Assembly (NCBI GenBank): GCA_043754515.1
Contig: JAYUUO010000119.1
Location: 1 to 12,741 of the forward strand
Source of the DNA: Armatimonadota bacterium
GTDB taxonomy: Bacteria > Armatimonadota > Armatimonadia > Armatimonadales > Armatimonadaceae
Length of the DNA: 12,741 nucleotides
Reading direction: 5' to 3'
This document shows positions 1-8,069 of the stretch, in pieces. The translations under genes and the position numbers were made by a program. The notes under the pieces are model-generated. The model was not told the origin of the DNA and ran no database searches. It saw only the letters and a program-made list of their open reading frames with translations. Each line of letters begins with the position of its first letter. Position 1 is the stretch's first letter.

Positions 1-660
1 CGAGGCGGTTTCTCTGACCCTCTCAAAGCGAGCCGCCGTGTGGCTTTGAGCGGGTAGATAGACAAAATAAGCGCTTCGTGTCCGCCGTCACCGCTCCGCA
101 GTGCGCGGGGTCGGTCAGTGATTTACCTCTGCCAACCGCTTGTAAAGGTGGCACGGTGGTCTCGCCATGCCAGCGGATTTACCTGAACAAGGTCCCCTTG
201 CTCCTGGTAGCCTCGGTCGTGACCGACCACGGGGGAGAAGGGAGCGTGTTGTATCTGGTGACGAGCGACGTTACCCAGGTGTTCCCGCCGCGGGAACACC
301 GACTAGACGCTCCGGCGATGCTTGCCATGTACAAAAAGCGGTGGAAATAGGCGAAACGGGTTTCTGCCGGATCGAGGAGTTTCACAAGTCCCTCAAGTCC
401 GAGAAACCGAAGGTTTTCGCGAGCAACGCGGCGTTCGCGAAGTCACCGACCAAGCGGGTGCGGACACAGAGCAACCATTTTTTTGCGAGTCTGGTTGCCT
501 TCACCAAAATGGAGGTGTTAAGGGTTTGCACACGGCTGAATCATTTCGCGGTGAAAGCGAAGTTGTATCAAGCGGCACTCGTCGCGGCGTTACAGCGGCT
601 TTCCGAGATGAACACGGGCGACGTTCTTGCCCATATCACACCCTGACTGCGTAAGGTGAG
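1..660 (+). mobile_element. Decayed IS701-family (ISAba11-like) insertion sequence: 3' part of transposase pseudogene plus right TIR
   Basis: Frames stitch to PLKASRRVALS / RFVS..RIYL..VLYLVTSD..YKKRWK / IEEFHKSLK..SNAAFAKSPTKRVRTQSNHFFASLVAFTKMEVL..LNHFAVKAKLY, the C-terminus typical of this DDE transposase group. There are frameshifts, stops and short insertions. It ends in TGCGTAAGGTGAG (648-660), matching the MITE ends at 9051 and 9395. Confidence 0.85.
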
Positions 661-672
661 TTAAGGATAATT

Positions 673-1095
673 ATGGCGGCTAAAGATTCGTATCACAATC
701 AATGTGTCCACTCTCTCCAGAAGGACGGATGGCTTATCACGCACGACCCGCTGACGTTGCGCATCGGGAAGACCGATGTAATGATTGACTTGGGCGCGGA
801 ACAGGTCGTCGGAGCGGAATGGGCGGGTGAACGTATCGCGGTGGCGATAAAAAGTTTCATCAGACCTTCGGCTGTGTATGATTTGGAGCAGGCTCTAGGG
901 CAGTTTACCCTTTACAAGGATGTACTGGAGCGATCCGCCGATGACGCCGACCGGGTTTTGTATCTTGCAGTCCGCGCCACGACATACGAGGAGATTTTCG
1001 GCGAGCCGATTGGTAAAATGCTCGTGGAGAACAAACGATTGCGGTTAGTCGTGTTCGATATAAATACGGATAAAATAGTACAATGGATACCGTAG
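673..1095 (+). CDS. xisH: XisH-family protein (fdxN element excision controlling factor; PD-(D/E)XK-like fold)
   Basis: MAAKD.YH...LQKDGWLITHDPL, IDLGAE, IKSF, ALGQF, LYLAV, IVQWIP motifs; RBS AAGGA at 663-667; overlaps xisI. Confidence 0.92.
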   Translation: MAAKDSYHNQCVHSLQKDGWLITHDPLTLRIGKTDVMIDLGAEQVVGAEWAGERIAVAIKSFIRPSAVYDLEQALGQFTLYKDVLERSADDADRVLYLAVRATTYEEIFGEPIGKMLVENKRLRLVVFDINTDKIVQWIP

Positions 1096-1421
1096 CGAAG
1101 TATCGTCAGGCGGTTAGAGAAGTGCCGATGCCGCTTACGAAGCGGCGATATGCGAACGCGGATTTGGTGAACGAGGCTGTTTTCGATGTCAAGAACGACC
1201 GATACATCATCGCTTCACACGGGTGGCAAAACGGCACGCAGCGTATGCACGGCGTGCTGGTTCACCTAGACATTATCGGCGACAAGGTTTGGATTCATCG
1301 CGACGGCACGGAAGAAGGGATCGCCTATGACCTTGAGGAGGCGGGCGTCCCGAAGCAGAACATCGTTCTGGCATTCCATCAGCCCCGAGATCGCATGGTA
1401 TATGGGTACGCCGCGTCGTGA
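1083..1421 (+). CDS. xisI: XisI-family protein
   Basis: MDT..KYRQ, VFD..NDRY....GW, VHLDI.GDKVWIHRDGTEEGIA.DL..AGVPKQNIVLAFHQP, GYA; canonical overlap with xisH. Confidence 0.93.
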   Translation: MDTVAKYRQAVREVPMPLTKRRYANADLVNEAVFDVKNDRYIIASHGWQNGTQRMHGVLVHLDIIGDKVWIHRDGTEEGIAYDLEEAGVPKQNIVLAFHQPRDRMVYGYAAS

Positions 1422-1503
1422 CTCCCCCGGTCCGTTATTTACCAGCCAAGCAGAACGCGGCACGCAGGAAACCGCTTGACGAACCGCGAACAGTACCAAA
1501 ACA

Positions 1504-2730
1504 ATGGCTAAGATAACCGAGGTGCGGGTGATCGTGACGAGTCCCGGTCGCAACTACGTGATGGTGAAAATACTCACCGACGAGCCGGGTCTGTACGGCG
1601 TCGGCGACGCGACCCTGAACGGCCGCGAACTCGCGGTCGCCGCCGCGCTGACCGAACATATCGCGCCGCTCCTGATCGGGCGCGACCCCGACCGCATTGA
1701 GGACATCTGGCAGTATCTGTATCGCGGCCCGTACTGGCGCGGCGGTCCCGTGCAGATGACCGCGCTCGCGGGCGTGGACATGGCCTTATGGGACATCAAA
1801 GGGAAGCGGGCGAACCTGCCGGTCTACTCCCTGCTCGGCGGCAAGACCCGCGAGGGTGCGCTATGTTACACGCACGCGGGCGGGCGCGACGCGGTGGAAT
1901 GCGAGGACGAGGTTCGCCGCGCGATGGAGCGGGGCTTCCAGGTCGTGCGAGCGCAGGTCGCGGTTCCCGGCGCGACTTCGACCTACGGGACGCGCGGCGC
2001 GGTGGAGGCGGCATCGGCGAAATGGGGCGGCATGGGCGGGCTTCCGCCGGTCGAGGGCGATTGGGAACCACTCGCCTATCTGCGCGTCGTCCCCCGCCTG
2101 ATGGCGCACCTTCGATCCACGGTGGGCGACGCGGTAGAGATCATTCATGACGTCCATCAGCGTCTGACCCCGCAACAGGCCGCGCGGCTGGGCCGGGAGC
2201 TGGAGCCGTTCCACCTGTTCTTTCTCGAGGACCCGGTGCGCCCCGAGTGGAAGGAAGGGTTACGCCTCGTTCGCGCACACACGACTACACCGCTCGCGCT
2301 CGGCGAACTTCTCCACTCGCTGTACGATTGTCTCCCGCTTCTCGTCGAGCGGCTGATTGACTTCGTGCGGTGCGACATCGCCCACATCGGCGGCATCTCC
2401 GAGGCGCGGCGCATCGCCGCCGTCGCCGAGCCGTTCGGGATCCGCACCGCCTGGCACGGGCCGGGGGATATTTCGCCGATCGCGCACGCGGCGAACGTCC
2501 ACGTAGATGTTTCCCTGACGAACTTCGGGGTGCAGGAGATGGTGTTCTTCCCGCCGGAGGTGGCGGAAGTAATTTCCGGCGCGCCCGAATACCACGATGG
2601 AAGGCTGTGGGCGAGTGACGCGCCAGGCCTCGGTTGCGACATTGACGAGGTAGCCGCGAAACGGTATCCATACGACCCCGCCTACCTTCCGGTCTGCCGC
2701 CGCGCCGACGGCGCGATGCACGACTGGTAG
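1504..2730 (+). CDS. manD: D-mannonate dehydratase / RspA subgroup of the enolase (mandelate racemase) superfamily
   Basis: VIVTSPGRNYV, GDATLNGRELAV, IEDIWQYLYRGPYWRGGPV, DMALWDIKGK; metal-ligand motifs HDVH, LEDP, LGE; WHGP; C-terminal AYLPV.R..DG.MHDW. Confidence 0.9.
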   Translation: MAKITEVRVIVTSPGRNYVMVKILTDEPGLYGVGDATLNGRELAVAAALTEHIAPLLIGRDPDRIEDIWQYLYRGPYWRGGPVQMTALAGVDMALWDIKGKRANLPVYSLLGGKTREGALCYTHAGGRDAVECEDEVRRAMERGFQVVRAQVAVPGATSTYGTRGAVEAASAKWGGMGGLPPVEGDWEPLAYLRVVPRLMAHLRSTVGDAVEIIHDVHQRLTPQQAARLGRELEPFHLFFLEDPVRPEWKEGLRLVRAHTTTPLALGELLHSLYDCLPLLVERLIDFVRCDIAHIGGISEARRIAAVAEPFGIRTAWHGPGDISPIAHAANVHVDVSLTNFGVQEMVFFPPEVAEVISGAPEYHDGRLWASDAPGLGCDIDEVAAKRYPYDPAYLPVCRRADGAMHDW

Positions 2731-2750
2731 CAATATGAGTCTGATACACT

Positions 2751-3554
2751 ATGTCCGTGCTAAACGCCATCGAGATCCGAAACGTTGACAAGATTTTCCG
2801 CGTCCGCAAAGCCGCGTACGCCGGTCTGAAAGGGCAACTCGGCGCATTTTTCAAAGGCATCCGCGCCCAGACCGAGGCCAAGGTCGGGCTGGGCGATATC
2901 TCGCTCTCCATCGCGCCCGGCGAGACGGTCGCGCTGATCGGCAGGAACAGCTCGGGTAAATCCACGCTCCTATCGCTCATCGCGCGGGTGATGAAGCCGG
3001 ACACGGGCACCGTCACGTTCCCCGCAAGCCCCGACCCTGAACGGCCACGCCTCGCGCCGCTCCTGGAAGTTGGGGCGGGGTTCCACCCCGACCTGACTGG
3101 GACGCAGAACATCTTCTTCAACGGCTCCATCCTGGGACTTACCCGGGCACAGATGCAGGCGCGGTACGAAGACATCAAGGCGTTCGCCGACTTCGAGAAC
3201 GACATCTACTATGATGCGCCGGTGCGAACCTACTCGTCGGGCATGTACGTCCGGCTCGGCTTCGCGGTCGCGGTACACACCGACCCGGACATCATCCTGA
3301 TTGACGAGTCGCTCGCGGTCGGTGACGAAGCATTTCAGGAGAAATGCTACGCGCGCATCGCGGAGTTCCAGAAGGACGGGCGCACCATCGTCTTTGTGTC
3401 GCACGACATGGCGGCGGTACGGCGGGTGGCATCTCGGGTCGTCTGGCTGTCACACGGCAGGATCGTGGGCGATAGCGCGGGAGACGGCGGCGGCATCGAG
3501 CCGGTCATAACGCGGTACCACGAGGATCTATACGCAACCCCCGAAAAAAAATAG
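2751..3554 (+). CDS. ABC transporter ATP-binding protein, Wzt/TagH-like (polysaccharide/polyol-phosphate export)
   Basis: Walker A GRNSSGKST, LLEVGAGFHPDLTG.QNI, signature YSSGM..RLGFAVA, Walker B IILIDE.LAVGD..FQ.KC, H-loop VSHD. Confidence 0.9.
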   Translation: MSVLNAIEIRNVDKIFRVRKAAYAGLKGQLGAFFKGIRAQTEAKVGLGDISLSIAPGETVALIGRNSSGKSTLLSLIARVMKPDTGTVTFPASPDPERPRLAPLLEVGAGFHPDLTGTQNIFFNGSILGLTRAQMQARYEDIKAFADFENDIYYDAPVRTYSSGMYVRLGFAVAVHTDPDIILIDESLAVGDEAFQEKCYARIAEFQKDGRTIVFVSHDMAAVRRVASRVVWLSHGRIVGDSAGDGGGIEPVITRYHEDLYATPEKK

Positions 3555-3675
3555 CCACCCGGCACCCGATAATGTAGCCATAATCGCGACTAATCCTTAC
3601 AATGAGTGTCGAAGGGCTTAAGCGTTGATCGCGCACGCGCCCCCTATGTTACGTAGAGGGCGGGAGGAATTATAT

Positions 3676-4215
3676 ATGACCCAATCCGCAGCCAGCGAAT
3701 TCTGGGTGTCCGAGGGAGCAGAGGACGCCGTTCGCAAGACGAAGTTGACACTGAAGAAATTGGGCGAGCTGACCGCCGTCGTGCCCGGACAGCACGTGGT
3801 CGGAACAGTCGCATTCGGCATACAAAACGTCACGCTGAAAATCGCGTGGCGGCCCGAAGAGATAGAGACCAAAGTAGACCGCATGGTCACCGGCCATGCC
3901 ACGACCGAAACCAAAACGCTGGGCACCTTGCTCTGCGTCGAGGCGACTATAGAAGGGCGGGGCGCGACGGGGAACGACGCCGCGCTCCGCAACGCGATGG
4001 AGCGGTTCGAGGATGCCTACATGCATTACGACCGCACCGACTACCAGCCCGACCGGCTGGGCTTCCTGCCCATCACGATCATCGGCGTCGTAATCGCGCT
4101 TATTTTGTTAGGCGTGTTGCTGGCGAAGAAGACCACCCTGTTCCAGGCCACGCCGTCGTCATCGCCGAGCGCGTCCGCGGATGCGTCGCCGGATGCACCC
4201 TTTATCGCGCCGTAA
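3676..4215 (+). CDS. Hypothetical membrane protein (single C-terminal TM helix, Ser/Ala/Pro tail)
   Basis: GGAGG RBS at 3663-3667 before ATG 3676; GC-rich codon pattern; hydrophobic stretch FLPITIIGVVIALILLGVLLA followed by KK. Confidence 0.75.
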   Translation: MTQSAASEFWVSEGAEDAVRKTKLTLKKLGELTAVVPGQHVVGTVAFGIQNVTLKIAWRPEEIETKVDRMVTGHATTETKTLGTLLCVEATIEGRGATGNDAALRNAMERFEDAYMHYDRTDYQPDRLGFLPITIIGVVIALILLGVLLAKKTTLFQATPSSSPSASADASPDAPFIAP

Positions 4216-4232
4216 CCGTCCGTATCCGTCTC

Positions 4233-4270
4233 GTTGGTCCCCCTCCCCGGCGAAGAGAGGGAGGACTGGC
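4233..4270. terminator. GC-rich bulged hairpin between convergent genes (terminator or REP-like)
   Basis: GTTGGTCC-CCCTC ... GAGGG-A-GGACTGGC pairs with G-U; there is no clear U-tract. Confidence 0.35.
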
Positions 4271-4326
4271 GCGGCGGTAGCCGATCCGGGCCTGGTGACA
4301 GCGTTCCGGGTAGGCGATCTTAATCG

Positions 4327-5415
4327 TCAGCGTCGCGCCCCTTTATTAGAAACGGCTTGTGAGCCGACGCGGGCCGGATAAGGCACGTTTGGTCCTTTGG
4401 TGCTGTGCCATAGGATGCGGTTCAGCGCGACGACTTGTACCCTGGTTAGGTGATCCGGTTCGGAGAAGTTCATTCGCTCGCTCGCCGCCGCGCCGTAAGC
4501 GACGGCGGCGTTCTTGACATTCAGGTCTATCCGTGGGGCGTGTAACGTGTACGGCGTCAGGTCGAGTTTGCCCGCGAACGCGGCGTACATGGGCGGCGCG
4601 GTGGCATCGTACTGGGGCATCGGCGGTAGACCGAGGATAAGTTCTATCGTCCGCAACATCGAGACGGTGTTGTAGCGCGTGCCGTCCACTCTCCCGAGGC
4701 ACGAGTGAGGCGAGACCACGAACGCGGTCGTCCGGTGCGCGTCCACGTGATCCGCGCTGTCCTGCGCGTCATCCTCGATGATGAAGATCGCCATCTCTTT
4801 CCAGTAGCGCGAACGCGAGCAGGCCGCTATAATTTCGCCCACGCCTTGATCGTTGGAGGCGATACAGGCTTGTGGCGTGAACGCGCCGGGACGTGTCCCT
4901 TCGGTGTAATCCTCGCGGAGCGACATTATCATCAAGTTCGGTAAATTGTTTTTCTCGTACTGCTTCAACTCTGCCGCGAAGATGTTTCCGTTCACCGTGT
5001 CGCACCGCTTGTCGTAACCCTCACGACAGACGGCGGGCATGTTCCTCTCCGTGTTGTTCGTCGCCCACGTGAAACAGTAGGACGCGAACGACTTGCCCTC
5101 CCGCTCGGCGACGTCCCAGACGCGTCCCGCCGGGGGGTAGATGTCCTTGTCCAGGAGAGGCCAGTCGGCGTGCCCGCCGTACGCGAGCATCCAAGCCCGC
5201 TCGCCGATGTCGGTGCTAATAGCTCCGGTGCTCCATGGGTGGCCGTTCCCAGACACCTCGCCGCTACAGAGTGTGTTGTCGAGCGTCACGAACTCGCGCG
5301 CGATCTTGTGTTCGTTTGGTGTCACCTTTTCGCCGAACAGCGTCAGGGACGAGTCGCCGTTCCCGAGCGGTTTACCCTTCGCATCTTTCAGGTCACCCAA
5401 TACCTGATCATAAGA
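4327..5415 (-). pseudogene. N-terminally truncated alkaline-phosphatase-like/phosphoesterase domain (C-terminal half of YncE-propeller/phosphoesterase fusion type)
   Basis: YDQVLGD..GNGD..LTLFGE.VTPN.H..A.EFV.LDN...GEVS..GH.W, IFIIEDDAQD..DHVDAHR, TVSMLRTIELILGLPPM.QYDA. The expected upstream ENRT is replaced by a stop; no signal peptide or propeller is present. Confidence 0.8.
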
Positions 5416-5447
5416 TCAACAGACTGCCAGAGTTATGGTAACCCTTT

Positions 5448-5628
5448 AGGAGTTACGCGGTTCGTCAAGGGACGCGGGTTAAAACCCACGTCATCGGCGA
5501 AACAAGTACAGTCAAAACTTGTTTTGACGATTGCCTGTCTAGACGCGTTCCGCGCCGGACGTCGGGTACCCGCTCGCGGGTGGGACGGGCGAATATGGGA
5601 GGAGGAACGCACCAACCGCGTAACTCCT
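5448..5628. mobile_element. MITE-1: 181-bp non-autonomous element with perfect TIRs and target-site duplication
   Basis: AGGAGTTACGCGGTT (5448-5462) / AACCGCGTAACTCCT (5614-5628), flanked by ACCCTTT at 5441-5447 and 5629-5635. An alternative reading is a 16-bp TIR with a 5-bp CCCTT duplication. Confidence 0.9.
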
Positions 5629-5686
5629 ACCCTTTATTAACAACACATTAAGGCTCTGCTAAGAACACGACACGAGACTTCACCGA

Positions 5687-6406
5687 TCACCCGATCCCCT
5701 CCGCGATCCCGAACCCGATCAGCCCGCCGAGTATCGTGACACCGCCCACGACCAGGCCCGCGACGACCGCGGCTCGCCACGACGGCTCGCGGAGCGCGAC
5801 GCGGGCGAGGGGACCCAAACTCAAGCCGATTATCAGTTCGGCGACCACGATATAGAGCGGCGTGTGCGTGCCGGGGAGCATCCGGCAGAACTCGTACTGC
5901 CACCAGTGCGCGTGGCGTGCCATCTCCTCGTAGAACGGGATGTTGACCGCGCCGACAACCGCCGACAGCACCACCCCGCGCCACGAGCCGACGCGCTCCA
6001 CGAACCGTGCCCCGAGGTATCCGATCTGCGCCGAGACCAGCATCCAGGCAAGCGGCATCCACCAGGGCGACTCCCAGAGCATAGTGCTTTTCGCCGGCCC
6101 GTAGTCCAGTGTGCCAGTGAAACGGACACAAAGCGCGTCCGCGACCAGCTCCACGACGCCGAGGCAGAGCCCGAACAAGAGGAGCCGCGCCACCGCCGCG
6201 TCCCGGTAGCGCAGGATATGCGCCGCGAATATCGCCCCGTTTATCCCGCAGAGCAGAGCGGCGGTTCGTCCGTCCGACCACGGCTTGTCCGCGACGAACA
6301 ACACCAGAATCACTGAGGTCGCGATGGTAACCAGCACCGTTCGCAGACGCGCCCCCTCCCGGCTATCCGCGACCACTACCGGCACGCCCGGAAAAAAAGT
6401 TTTCAT
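5687..6406 (-). CDS. Uncharacterised multi-pass membrane protein
   Basis: 239 aa with about 7 hydrophobic segments; motifs ELVADA, TLDY, WWMPLAW, PFYEEMA...WWQY; divergent from comEA. Confidence 0.8.
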   Translation of the reverse strand: MKTFFPGVPVVVADSREGARLRTVLVTIATSVILVLFVADKPWSDGRTAALLCGINGAIFAAHILRYRDAAVARLLLFGLCLGVVELVADALCVRFTGTLDYGPAKSTMLWESPWWMPLAWMLVSAQIGYLGARFVERVGSWRGVVLSAVVGAVNIPFYEEMARHAHWWQYEFCRMLPGTHTPLYIVVAELIIGLSLGPLARVALREPSWRAAVVAGLVVGGVTILGGLIGFGIAEGIG

Positions 6407-6471
6407 TTCCGCCTATTTTACTGTTAGATCCAGGTCTCTCGCCTCGTTAGTGTAGGGAAGGGCGAAAAATT

Positions 6472-7521
6472 ATGAAGTGGGCAGGAATTAGTGGCGCGCT
6501 CGCGGGCACAGCGCGCGAGCGGCTGGGTATAGGGGCGGTAGTAATCGGGGTCATCGTCGGCTCCGGGCTGATCGTCTCCGGCTCCTGCCGCAAAGACAGG
6601 TCGGCATTAGGCACCGTCACGGTGTTCCCGGCGAAGCCGATCCGGGGGGCGGAGAGGCGGCCCGTTGTCGCGCCCGAGTCGCCGCGGACGGACACGATCG
6701 TCGTTTACGTGACGGGGGCAGTGAAGCGTCCCGGCGTGTACACACTCCCCGCGCACACCCGCCTGTATCACGCGATCCGGGCGGCGGGCGGCTTCAAGGC
6801 GAACGCGGTAACCGAGGCATTGAATCTCGCGGATCAGGCGCGGGACGGCGACCAACTTTGTGTCCCCGTACGCCAGAAAGTGGTGCCCGCCGCGCCCGCG
6901 TCCCGATCCGAAACCGCGCGGGGTGGAACCCGCCTGATTGAACGGTACGCGCGGCGCGCCCCCGCATCCTACCCGAACATCATTCGCAAGGCGGCACTCC
7001 CCGCATCGGTCACTCTCCCGCCGCTACCGGAAGGCGGTGTCGGACCCGAGGAGAGCGGCGAACCCATCGTGACCGTGATTGCTACCCCAACGCCCGCGCC
7101 CGGCCGCGTGCTAGATGGCACTCTACAAGCCGTCACGGAGGCAAGCAATACAGAGCCGCGTGTCGCTTCGGAGGGTGCGAATGTTGGCGTGGGACTCCCC
7201 CCGTCCGCTCGACCGTCGGTCGCCTTAACCGGCGTTATCCCCTTGCCCGCGACGGGGCGACGGGGCGCACGCGGCATGTCCCGAGCCAGTGCGCCACGCG
7301 GCGGCGTGAAGTTCAAGAATCCCGGCGATGGCGTGGTGCATATCAACAGTGCCGGAGCCAGCGAACTCGAACACCTGCCGCGTTGCGGCCCCGCCATGAG
7401 CGCGAAGATCCTCGCCTACCGCGCCCAGATCGGCAGGTTCACCGACCTGAAGCAGCTGATGGATGTAAAGGGGTGTGGGGAAAAGACGTTTGAAAAGTGG
7501 CAACCGTTTCTAGCTCTGTAG
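6472..7521 (+). CDS. comEA: ComEA-family DNA-binding competence protein (TM anchor, SLBB domain, long Pro-rich linker, two HhH motifs)
   Basis: VVYVTGAVKRPGVY.L....R...AI.AAGG, LNLA....DGDQL.VP; C-terminal HINSA...ELE.LP..GP.....I..YR...G.F....QL..VKG.GEKTFEK. Confidence 0.9.
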   Translation: MKWAGISGALAGTARERLGIGAVVIGVIVGSGLIVSGSCRKDRSALGTVTVFPAKPIRGAERRPVVAPESPRTDTIVVYVTGAVKRPGVYTLPAHTRLYHAIRAAGGFKANAVTEALNLADQARDGDQLCVPVRQKVVPAAPASRSETARGGTRLIERYARRAPASYPNIIRKAALPASVTLPPLPEGGVGPEESGEPIVTVIATPTPAPGRVLDGTLQAVTEASNTEPRVASEGANVGVGLPPSARPSVALTGVIPLPATGRRGARGMSRASAPRGGVKFKNPGDGVVHINSAGASELEHLPRCGPAMSAKILAYRAQIGRFTDLKQLMDVKGCGEKTFEKWQPFLAL

Positions 7522-7547
7522 CAGGTGTTTCAGTGTCAGGAGCAAGC

Positions 7548-7970
7548 TGGTCCGAGTTCAAAAACGAGGTGTGGACGATTCCCAAGGAGCGGGTAAAGAA
7601 TGGGCGAGCACACAGCATTCCAATCTCGCCAGAGGTAGCACGACTATTGGATACTGTCCGATACGGTGACGCGCCAAAAGAAGATAGACGGGATGAGAAT
7701 GAGTATCTATTTCATGCGAGACGGCAGGGTTGTATTTCTTCCAGGACTATTCATCTGGCACTTCAGCGGATCAAAGTTGCAAGCGGTCTCAAGCATTTCA
7801 CGGCACACGATCTGCGGCGCACCTACGCAACAGGTCTCCGCCGCATCGGTATACCGCGAGAAACAGTCGCACGTATTCTGAACCATACTTCTCGTTCCGT
7901 AACACTCGTCTACGATTAGTACGACGAAATGCCCGAGATGTCAGATGTATTTCATCTACCAGCAGGGTAA
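7548..7970 (+). pseudogene. Tyrosine recombinase/phage integrase C-terminal fragment
   Basis: WTIPKERVKNGRAHSIPIS, FTAHDLRRTYAT, ILNH, VTLVYD*YD. The N-terminus, including the catalytic Arg box I, is missing, and there is an in-frame TAG at 7917-7919. Confidence 0.88.
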
Positions 7971-7986
7971 GAGGAATCAATAGGGC

Positions 7987-8008
7987 GATTATTCCGCGCG
8001 GAATAATC
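7987..8008. repeat. Perfect 22-bp palindrome
   Basis: GATTATTCCGC|GCGGAATAATC. Confidence 0.85.
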
Positions 8009-8013
8009 CACGG

Positions 8014-8043
8014 CGGCACCGAGTAGCATCACTATCGGTGCCG
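8014..8043. terminator. Strong bulged hairpin downstream of the 8070-8591 gene
   Basis: CGGCACCGA-G-TAG catca CTA-TCGGTGCCG; lies 26 bp beyond the stop of the minus-strand gene; no long U-tract. Confidence 0.45.
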
Positions 8044-8069
8044 TGAATGAGTGTCAGCATTGAGGCGGC

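Noticed and set aside
279..301. Resemblance of GTGTTCCCGC..GCGGGAACACCG to a type I-E CRISPR repeat
   Set aside because: Single copy, too short, no regular spacers and no cas genes.
1554..7503. Many overlapping alternative-frame ORFs (e.g. 2285-3205 minus, 5637-6281 minus)
   Set aside because: Arg/Pro/Ala-rich shadow ORFs of GC-rich genes with no motifs.
8015..8041. GGCACCGAGT...TCGGTGC resembles the terminal hairpin of the SpCas9 tracrRNA
   Set aside because: No anti-repeat, nexus, array or cas9; short GC hairpin matches arise by chance.
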